From NCBI RefSeq assembly GCF_964194025.1, contig NC_134474.1, positions 44,888,001-44,952,000 on the forward strand: a stretch of 64,000 nucleotides of DNA. The letters are read 5' to 3'. Source of the DNA: Convolutriloba macropyga. Lineage: Eukaryota. Of this stretch, positions 54,094-64,000 are shown one piece after another (position 1 is the first letter of the stretch; each line of letters begins with the position of its first letter). The notes below the pieces were generated by a model, which did not search any database, was not told the origin of the DNA, and saw only the letters and a program-made list of their open reading frames with translations. The translations under genes were made by a program, and so were the position numbers.

Positions 54094-55023
54094 ATGACAA
54101 AAAACAAAAAAGCGAAACCTAATGCGCATATCAGTTTATTAGATTTTCCCTGCGGATCCTGTCAGAAAAATTGTGATAGCTTTTGTGTACAGTGTTCAAA
54201 CTGCAAAACGTGGTTTCATGATTCGTGCTCAAATTTACCAAACAGCATTTTGGCAGTTTTGGGAAAAATTAAGGGCATAAGTTGGTCTTGTGAAAATTGC
54301 GAGCAAAAAGGTCAACTTCCAGTAACAAAAGCCGATATTGATTCTTTGTCGGATAATATTCATTCACTTAATGCACAAATTCAACAAGAATTGTCTGAAA
54401 TCAGAAATGATATTTACCAATTGAAACAAAACTCTTGCGAAGCTAAAATTGAGCCGCTTCAAAATGAAATCAAAGACTCAAAGAGCAGCGTGGGTTCTCT
54501 GAAGCAAAATAGCCAACCAAAACCTCAATATAATCAACAATCGGAAAACCACATGAGCGACAAATTAATAATTTTTGGAATACAGGAGAATCAAGACCAG
54601 ATTTCGAGAATTGAAGCAATGAATACAGACAAAAAACAAGTAGCATCTATTTTCGAACAAATAATGGGACTGAAAGATGTCGTAATTCATGACTGCTTCA
54701 GATTAGGGAAACTCGTTAACGAGAAGAACAGGCCTGTTGTAGTGAAAATTGATAATGCGTGGACTTTCAGAACGATCTTCTTATCTGTTTCAAAGTTAAA
54801 AGGTTCGGGATTTGTCATAAAAAAATTTCTCTCCGTTGAGGACTACAAAAAGGAAAAAACACTATATCAGCGGAAGACAAATCTGATAAACAATTTTGGC
54901 TACGAAAAACACAGTTTCTCCATTAAAGGTCAAGAGTTATTTTATAAGGGAAAAGTTATCGCTGAAAATTTTAACCCGAATAGTATGCAATCCTCTACAG
55001 ATCAAAACGTCCATACGTCCTGA
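54094..55023 (+). CDS. LINE ORF1 (PHD finger, coiled coil, L1-transposase-like RRM region)
   Basis: CGSC...CVQCSNCKTWFHDSC...WSCENC (C4HC3); LIIFGIQE; FRLGK...RPVVVK. Confidence 0.92.
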   Translation: MTKNKKAKPNAHISLLDFPCGSCQKNCDSFCVQCSNCKTWFHDSCSNLPNSILAVLGKIKGISWSCENCEQKGQLPVTKADIDSLSDNIHSLNAQIQQELSEIRNDIYQLKQNSCEAKIEPLQNEIKDSKSSVGSLKQNSQPKPQYNQQSENHMSDKLIIFGIQENQDQISRIEAMNTDKKQVASIFEQIMGLKDVVIHDCFRLGKLVNEKNRPVVVKIDNAWTFRTIFLSVSKLKGSGFVIKKFLSVEDYKKEKTLYQRKTNLINNFGYEKHSFSIKGQELFYKGKVIAENFNPNSMQSSTDQNVHTS

Positions 55024-57864
55024 CTACCAGCCATCAAAATCTCGTCCTTAAACTGTAGATCCTTGCTGAATATTAATCGAAGAATTAGCCTTGATATTCA
55101 TCTCAAAGTTCATAAACCCGATATTATCTGTCTGAGTGAAACGTGGTTTGATTCGAGAGTTGATGACACATGTGTCTTCATTTCAAACTTTTATAGCGTA
55201 GTTAGTAGAATTGATCGATGTAATGGTAGCCATGGAGGAGTTGTTATTGGTATGAAAACAGAAATTAATGTTCACAGTGAAACAATCCAAGCTAAATCTC
55301 CTGTTGACTTTGCAACTTCGGCTCTCTTTTGCAATTTAGAGCAGGCAATAATTGTTATAAATGTTTACAATCCACCTCATGAATCGCCTTATCGCTTAGA
55401 AGTAAAATTGTTTGATACTTACTTACACGAAATTATTAGTTCGGCTCATGAAAAAGTTCTTAAAAACAATTTAGATCTCATCAATGTGCTCATAGTAGGT
55501 GATGTAAACCTTCCTGGAATTGATTGGAGTCTCCTGAGCAGTAATAATGCCTATGAAAAAACATTTTGCCAGGTTTTTCGGAAATACGGATTTTGCTCTC
55601 TCATAGAGGACAAAAACGTTGAAAATGATTGCTTTCTTGCGGTTTTCCCTGACACTATTTCTTTTGCTCATATCCATGCAACGTTTTCCGATCACCCAAT
55701 GATTAGCGCTGAAGTAAATTTTTCTAGCAGCCAGGTTGAGAAATCAAAATCAGTTTATTCTTTCCGAAAAGCGAATCTTCCCAAAATTGCTGAAAGATTC
55801 AGTTACTTTGATGCCTCAGCTGGAGATATAAACCACACACTTCAACATTTTTATGATGAAATCAACTTTTGCTGTATGGCCTTTATTCCTCGGAAAACGA
55901 GAAGGCGAAGGGAAGCTCCTTACTACTTTTCGTCTCATTCCATTCACGCAGAAAATGTTCTAAATACAGCTCGACGACGTCAAAAAGATAAGAACATAAT
56001 TGAAAGGCTTGAAAAGAATTTAGCTGATTCACTTTAACTAGATAAGACAGTATATCTGAACTCTTTCGCAGGTTTAACTCTGACAGAAGTTTTTCAAAAT
56101 CTTAAGAGCTTTCGTCGTATTCCTGATCTGCCCACTAAGATGAAGTTTGCTGGAAACAGTATTTCTGGACCGTTGAAAATTGCCAATGCTTTCAATCAAC
56201 ATTTTGCATCTGTTTTCAGAGAGGATACGAGCCCTCTTTCAGTGCCACTCGCTTCAGCAGACCCCACAATTTGTCTAGAAGATATGTATTTCACTAACAG
56301 TGAAGTAAAATCAATGATCTTTAGTTGTCATTCGGGTTCTGAGTCCTACGATAAATTGCAGCCAATCTTATTGAAAACGTTTTCACCTGCCATTGTCCCA
56401 GTTGTTACTGAGATATTTAACAAAATTATAATTCAGCAAGAATTTCCAAAGAGCTGGAAGAAAGCAATAATTAAACCCCTGCATAAAAAAGAGTCGAGAA
56501 TTGACATAGAAAATTACAGACCAGTGTCAATGTTGTGCGCGCTTTCCCTAATTTTCGAGAAATTACTGTATAGAAAATTTAGGGATCGTTTATGGAAAAA
56601 TTTAGACAATCGCCAGCACGGTTTCAGGACCAAGCATTCTACTATCACTCAATTGATCCAGTATTGTGAAAAAATTTTTCGTTGTTTGAATGCTAAAGAG
56701 TCTGCTTTAAGCGTTTATCTCGATATTGCAAAAGCGTTCGATACAATTAATCACAATGCAATTTTGTTGAAGCTTACGCATTTTGGATTTGATAACCAAT
56801 TTCTCAAGTTTTTTGCAGATTATTTGTCAAATAGAACGCAGTGCGTGTTTGTTAAAGATGATTATTCGTCAGAGTTAGCTGTTACGAGTGGTGGTCCACA
56901 GGGTTCAGTGTTTGCGGTTTTTATGTTTGCTGTGTACATTAATGACCTTCCATCTCTAATGGAGAACAGCACATATCTTTTCGCCGATGACACAAAAATT
57001 TTTGGAAGTCAAATGAATTTATTTTCACTACAAAATGATTTAAACAAAGCAATTAAATGGTCAAAAGAAAACAGAATGCAATTCAACAATGCAAAGTTTG
57101 AAGCTATATGTTTTGATGTAAAAAAGTTAGATCAGTGTAGTGTCCACTTGTATGCAGACGATACAGAAATTACATGCAAATCTTCGGTGAATGATCTTGG
57201 TGTAGTAATTACTAATAACTTGAAATGGGACAGTCATATCAATCAGCGGCTGTCAAAGGCACAACAAAAGCTTTTTTTCTTGAAGAGAAACGTTCCCTTT
57301 TCTACAAATACGAAAGTAAAAGTAAGTTTATACAAAAGTTACATTTTATCAATTCTCCTGTACGCGTCAAATGTATGGTTCTCGAATTGGCCAAATTGCA
57401 GAAAACTCGAAAAGATGCAAAGACGAGCGCTCAAGTGGGCTTTGAATAAGAAATTTTTTACAGATAGTGACTACAATCAGAGCCTCATTTACAACAATTT
57501 GTTGCCGATCAGTTTTCTTTTGGTTCGAAATGATCTTCTTATGCTGAACAAAATTTACAACTGTGATACTGCCCTTAAGTTTGATGATTATTGGAAAGTT
57601 TTCAAGGGACCACGCAGTAACCGTTCTGCAGCAAAACAATTTTTGAAGACCAATTTTAATTGGACGAAATCAGTCAAATTCGAAGAGTATTTTGTCTTGA
57701 GAGTTGTGAAATATGCAAATGTTCTCTCTCAGCGAAATGACATCTCAACTTTTGACTGGACATGTCCAACAGTGTTATTTCGGAAACAGCTGAACTCGCT
57801 GTTGAAATTAAAGGCTTTGAACTTTAAATACTATCAGTATCCTGTTAATTGGTCCTGTTTCTAA
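55024..57864 (+). CDS. LINE ORF2 (AP endonuclease plus reverse transcriptase), one internal TAA at 56035-56037
   Basis: In frame with ORF1. Motifs ISSLNCRSL, ICLSETW, GDVN, SDHP (APE); NYRPVS, QHGFR, LDIAKAFD, PQGS, FADD (RT). Confidence 0.92.
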
Positions 57865-58670
57865 TTAGTTAACAAAGTGATTCCCGCATCGCGGGTACCA
57901 AGTCAATTTAATAATAATAATAATAATAATTGTTTTTAACTTTGATTTTAAAATTCTGTACGACTGTTTTTCAACTTATTGCAAGTAGGCCGCTTGTTGA
58001 TTGAACCGGCTACGCTGTTGTGTTCTACATCCAAGTAAACTTTATATAAATTGTTGCTTTTAAGAAATGAATCAAATAATGTATGACAGAAATGTTGCGT
58101 CAATAAGTTTTTCTGATGAACGTTTTCTGCATTATACTGTTTACGCTAAAAAGTTATGAATTTTCCTCCTGAGAAATAAAACTTGAAAATTTTCACATAG
58201 TTTCGTTTGTTTTCAAATGAAAACTTTTTTACTGATGTTGTTTTCAATTCTTCCACTAATTTCAAAAAAAGTTTTTAACGTTGCGTCATTGACTCAGTCA
58301 AAGAAACGAGTTTGAGACATAATTTCACTGGGCAAATTAAAAATATACTGGATTAATTTCTGACTAAAAACATTTATGTTTAAAAAATTTCTAAATAAGT
58401 CTTGCTCGATGTATACATTTTACTGATAATGGCCCCAAAAAGCTTCTCAAAGGAAAACTTCCTGAACTCATTGAAAAGGCTTGTCACTATTAGAGCGCAA
58501 CTTTACCGAACAACTGAAATTGAGCAGGCTGACACAATTTGTTATTAATTATTCAATACCATCGTTATCCTATTTTTTACATTGGATGCGTTTGTGCACT
58601 TGTTGGCCTATCAAAGAATACTTTTAGCCCATATTATAGTTGTTATTATCATCCGATGTCTTACGCGCTT

Positions 58671-61035
58671 TTATTATTATTATTACTAATAAGTTGACTT
58701 GATACCCCCGATACGGGAATCACTTTGTTAATTGATTAAAAGAACAGGACCAATTTACAGTATACTGATAGTACTTAAAATTGACAGCCTTTAATTTCAA
58801 ACGAGAGTTCAACTGTTTTCGAAATAACACTGTTGGACATGTTCACTCAAAAGTTGAGATGTCATTTTGCTGGTAAGAACATTTGCAAATCTCACAACTC
58901 TCAAAACAAAATAATCTTCCAATTGGACTAATTTTGTCCAATTCAAATTTGTCCCCAAAAACTGTTGTGCTACAGAACGGTTAATGCATGGTCACCTAAA
59001 AACTTTCCAACAAAATCAAACTTAAGGGCAGTAACAGAGTTGCAAATTTTGATCAGCATAAGAAGATCATTTTGAACCAAAAGAAAACTGATTGGCAACA
59101 AAATGTGGTAAATGAGGCTCTGATTGTAGTAACTATCGGTAAAAAATATCTCATTCAAAGCCCACTTAAGCTCTCGTCTTTGCATTTTTTCTAGTTTTCT
59201 GCAACTTGACCATTTTGAGAACCATACACTTGACGCGTAAAGGAGAATTGATATTATATAATTTTGGTATAAACTTACTTTTACTTTGGTATGTGCAGAA
59301 AAGTGAACGTTTTTATTCATGAAAAAAATTTTCTGTTGTGCCTTCGATAGCTGCTGATTGATATGACTGACCCATTTCAACTTATTAGTTACAATTATAC
59401 CAAGATCATCCACCGAAGATTTATGAGTAATTTTTGTATCATATGCATACAAGTGGACACTACACTGTTCTGTTTTGCCACTTTGAATTCCAACCTGTTT
59501 TTTTTAATCATTTGATAAACTTGTTTACATCATTTTGTAGCAAAAATATAACCATTTGACTTTCAATAACTTTTGTGTCATCGTCAGAAAAGAAATGCGC
59601 TGTTCTTCATCAGAGATGGAAGGTCGATAGTGTACACAGCGGACTTAAAAACCGCAAACACTGAACGCTTTGGACCACCACTAGTAACAGTTAACTCTGA
59701 CGAATACTCATCTTTAGCACATACGCACTATGTTCTCTTAGATAAATAATATGCAAAAAACTTGAGAACTTTGTTTTCCGATCCAAAATGCATTAGCTGC
59801 AACAAAATTGCATTGTGATTCATTGTATCGAAAGCCTTTGCAGTATCGAGATAAATGCTTTTGCAAATTCTGTAGCATTTAAACAACGAAAGCTTTTGCC
59901 ACAGTACTCGAGCATTTGAGTGATTGTAGAAAGCTTGGTCCTATAACCTTGCTGGCGTTTGTCTAAATTTTTCAATAAACGATCCTTAAAATTCTTCTAC
60001 AAAAATTTCTCGAAAAATAAGGAATGCGCGCACAAAATTGGCACTGGTCTGAAATTTTTTATGTCAGTTCTCGACTGCTTTTTATGCATAGGTTTTATTG
60101 TTTTCTTCCTGCTCTTTAGAAACTCTTGCTCAACGATATTTTTTTTAAATATCTCAGTTACAACTGGAACAATGGCAGCTGAAAAAGTTTTCAATAAAAT
60201 TGGCTGCAATTCATCATATGACTCAGTACCCGAATGACAACTTAGGATCATTGACTTCACTTCAATTTTAAATAGCTTTTACATATCTTTCAGGTAAAAT
60301 ACATATCTTTTAGACAAATTGTGGGGTCTGTTGAAGCAAGAGGCACTGAAAGAGGGCCCGTGTTTTCTTTGAAAACAGATGCGAAAAATTGATTGAAAAA
60401 ACTGGCAATTTTCAACGATCCAGTAATAATGTTTCCACCAAAGTTCATCTTAGTGGCCAGATTTGGAATGAGATGACAGCTCTTAAATTTTTTTGAAACG
60501 TTTTTGTCAAAGTGAAACCTGCAAAGAAATTCAGATATACTGTTTTATTTAATTCAAGTGAAGCAGCTAATTTTTTCTCAAGTCTTTCAATTATGTTTTT
60601 ATCGATGTTTCTAACGTCGTATGGCTGTATTTAAAAAACTCTCTGCGTAAATAGAACGAGACAAAATGTAACAGGGAGCTTCCTTTCGCCTTCTAGTTTT
60701 CCGAGGAATAAAGGCCATACAAGTTTAGTTTATATCTGAAGCTGAGGCACCAACGTAACTGAATCTTTCAGCAAATTTGGGAAGATCCGCGTTTCGGAAA
60801 GAGTAAATTGATTTTGAATGCTCAACCTGGCTGCTCGAAAAATTCACTTCAGCGCTAATCATTGGGTTATTGGAAAATGTCGAGTGGATCTGAGCAAAAG
60901 ATTTAGTGTCAGAAAAATTGCAAGTATTCAATCATTTTTTTATGATTTAGTCCTCTATGAGAGAACAAAAGTCGTTTTTTTGAAAAACCTGGCAAAATCT
61001 GGCAGGATCCGCAGGGAAAATTTAAAAAACTGATG
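58671..61035 (-). mobile_element. older degenerate copy of the same LINE family, internally deleted
   Basis: Same 3' end and (AAT)n tail on the minus strand; ORF fragments align to ORF2. Near 60998 it jumps from the ~55565 equivalent to the ~54165 equivalent. Confidence 0.93.
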
Positions 61036-61202
61036 TGGGAAACTTGAGAAAAAAATTACGTATCCGTTTCCGTTTTTCCTATTTTTCATAGCAACTAAAC
61101 TCCAGGGTAAAGCTGTCATATGCAATATTTTCACGGCAGAGAGTGGATGAGAAGCTTTTGCTTATCATAATTTATCAAGGTTAATGAATCAAGGCTAAAT
61201 AT

Positions 61203-61653
61203 TGCAGAGAATGAACGTGGATAGTGATTAAATCATGGAAAAATTCAATTTTGAATTATGAAATTGGATAGTGAATAGATCTTTTCTAATAGATGAATCG
61301 TTATTTTTACACGCAGCTATAAGGGCAGCATCGTTTGCATCAGATTCACAAAATGCAGAGAATGAACGTGGATAGTGAATAAATCATGGATTAATTCAAT
61401 TGTGAATAATGAAATTGGATAGTGAATAGATCTTTCTAATAGATGAATCGTTATTTTTACACACAGCTATAAGGCCAGCATCGTTTGCATCAGTTTTACA
61501 AAATGCAGAGAATGAACGTGGATATTGAATAAATCATGGAATAATTCAATTGTGAATAACGAAATTGGATAGTGAATAGATCTTTCTAATAGATGAATTG
61601 TTAATTTTACACGCAACTATAAGGCCAGCATCGTTTGCATCAGTTTTACAAAA
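61203..61653. repeat. ~150-bp tandem repeat, 3 copies
   Basis: tgcagagaatgaacgtggata at 61203, 61354 and 61504. Confidence 0.93.
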
Positions 61654-63069
61654 TTTCTCTTTTGAGTTTTTCCCCTTAGCTTTTGTTTTTCGGCGGAAAT
61701 CACATTTAAAACACTGATCATAATTTATTCCTCTACTAACAGCTTTAAAAATGATTGTTTTATTTTCTGTTGACAATTTGCTACCGTTGTCTTGTGTGTT
61801 AAAATTGTTTAATCTTAGATTTTTACAAATAGTTTATTTTTTCTATAACAAAGAACTGGTGGGTTTTTCTCTCTATTATGGCAACTCAATATAATTATTG
61901 CAGAACGTTGTCATTGATATAATTTGAAACCTCGTCGAGGGTAGAGTGTTTTAATTAAGATTTTTAGCTGGATGGTTTCCTGTGTTACTTTCTTCCCAGT
62001 TTTTGGCATTTAAAGTTTTGCGAATAATCAGAGTGTTTCAACAACGCGTGATATATTGTTGTGCGTTTTTTTCGTCAATCATTTTCTATCTTTCACCTGA
62101 ACATGTGGAACTTTAAATTTTGTCCTTTGATGGCGCTAAAAATGACCACTTTCAAACACATTTTGTTCTATTTGGCAATTTAAGATTTTTTTTTCCATTT
62201 TCTCCATCGGAAGAGCAATTTCAAAGTAACAGACCTCAATGAAATGAATGGCAATTTTTTTCAGTATCCGGGATGCCATCATGGCTCTAGACAATTTCCA
62301 ACTCATTTTGAAGCTAAATCTGATTAAATGTAAGCTAACTCCATTCTTTCTTGTGGAATTCCGATATTTTAGCCAAAACATTGCGAAGTGTTTGAAGATA
62401 CTGAACAATCATACATTTTGTCCGTAAACAATCAGAGTTACCTAAAATTTTGATGTTTATTAGTATGTTTATGAGTCCGCAAGTATGAAACTTTCGCTCA
62501 TTTTGCTCTTGTTTAGCTTATTCTCGAAATATTAACTCTATTTTGTCATTTTGAGATTTTACGTGCAATTTTTGCACCAATCGCTGCTATTCAACTAATA
62601 GATCGGAAAAACAATTTTTCCTAGCTGTTGAAAATTAATGTTATATTGGGAAAACTGATCAAAAAGTTAAACTTTTTTGATACGGTTGTTGTACATTCAT
62701 ACAATTGTACTAACTAATGGGAGATCGTCTTCACCAATTTATGTTTGTCGATCAAATCTTTTAGTTGACCATTTTGTTTAGCAACTTTCTCAATTTGAAT
62801 GTCTTTCTTATGTATCAGCTGCCTTCTCTAGTAGCCCCGAAGTGATTATTTTGGCCTCGCAAACGTGTCGCGAATGCAAATTCGATAAGACATAGTGGAT
62901 TTGCAACTCTAACACATATCAGTAGAAAAATCGATAGATTAATCCCATTTTATTTCTGCATTTTGCAATCGAACACATAAAATCTAAAGTTCCATAATGG
63001 AACTTACCAACAATATGCGCTAACTACAACAAACTATTGCATAGTGGAGTCAGCATCGTAAGATACCAA

Positions 63070-63590
63070 ATGATTGCTCGTAGGTATTGAACAGTTTTGG
63101 GAAAAATGCACTCTTGAAACTCCAATTCGTTGGGAAAGCTTGAAAATCAACCTCAAACTTACCGTACTCACTAAACTGCGAATATATATTTTACTCATAA
63201 AACTAGGATTTTTATTAATACTTCTTTAGTTGAACCCCCGACAAAAGTATCTCTCCAACTGAACTCATATATGAAATATATGTGGAAAACAGAATAGCTC
63301 AATCTAAACGAGATCGCAAAATTAAAAATGAGCTGCTTTAAAATCCCTTGCTCAACGATTGTCAGAAGATATAAGCAACTGGTGTTTTTTGTGAAGATGA
63401 ATCTTGAAAATTATGCAACACTAAAGCCGTCTCTCTTTCGTATCTAAGTCATGGAGCAGAAAGACGAATGAGGTTTTGTTCAAATGATTATAACTGCGAA
63501 ACCGGTAAGATAAAACCTTGATAACTGTGGACACTATTCGACGAACAAATTTTTCGTTAGACAACGAAACATAACATCATATCATCGTTG
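63070..63590 (+). pseudogene. decayed gag-like fragment, homologous to the macrosatellite unit
   Basis: GIEQFWEKCTLETPIRWES...EPPTKVSL...ELIYE...QSKRDRKIKNELL...CQKI*ATGVFC...KAVSLSYLSHGAE...FVRQRNIT, with stops and frameshifts. Confidence 0.6.
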
Positions 63591-64000
63591 TGTAATCTAA
63601 ACCAAGAAACAGTGGTGATGTGCGCATAATCAAAGCCCTTTTGATTTTAGTTGACTGAATTCACTTGTCTTTGTTTTGCACCGAAGTTATCTTCAACGTT
63701 TCTGTAGCTTTTTACTCAATTTTTTATCATCATATTAGCTTAATTTTTTGAACTTAATGTCTGCTGGCTCTTGACAATTATATTGCCGTGCAGTTAAAAT
63801 TTTGTAACATTTAACTTGGAGGATAATTCGGGTTGCTTGATTTCGTACCTGTTTCCGGAGATTGTGTTGTTTTTGCTATCTTTTGTCCTCGTTGATTGTG
63901 CAATTTTTTCTACTGTATTGAATAACACCACTCGATAACTCGGTTTTTAACAAAATTGGTTTTTGTTTTATACAGATTTCTTTTTCGAGAAAAAAGTTGA

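Larger units (their letters stand above)
53770..57930 (+). mobile_element. near-intact non-LTR retrotransposon (CR1/L2-like)
   Basis: PHD-type ORF1, APE plus RT ORF2, short 3' UTR with stem-loop cccgc-atc-gcggg (57883-57895) and an (AAT)n tail. The 5' boundary is approximate. Confidence 0.95.

Overview
AT-rich, repeat-dense eukaryotic (probably invertebrate animal) DNA. The left half holds the 3' two-thirds of an intron-containing argininosuccinate synthase gene (ASS1, + strand, exons 3881-30745; the 5' exons lie upstream of the window). The gene has two paralogous 31-nt exons (20873-20903, 22220-22250) that look mutually exclusive. Its large introns are filled with nested Helentron/HINE-like non-autonomous elements, a decayed LINE and tandem duplications. 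After an assembly gap (36379-36530) comes a ~13.5-kb macrosatellite of about nine 1.49-kb units, each carrying a decayed gag-like ORF. A near-intact CR1/L2-type LINE (~53770-57930) follows. Its ORF1 and ORF2 are in one frame, separated only by TGA-CTA, a stop-codon readthrough context. It is preceded by a perfect 258-bp inverted copy of nearby DNA and faces an older inverted copy of the same family. All alignments and counts were done by eye; no database searches were run.
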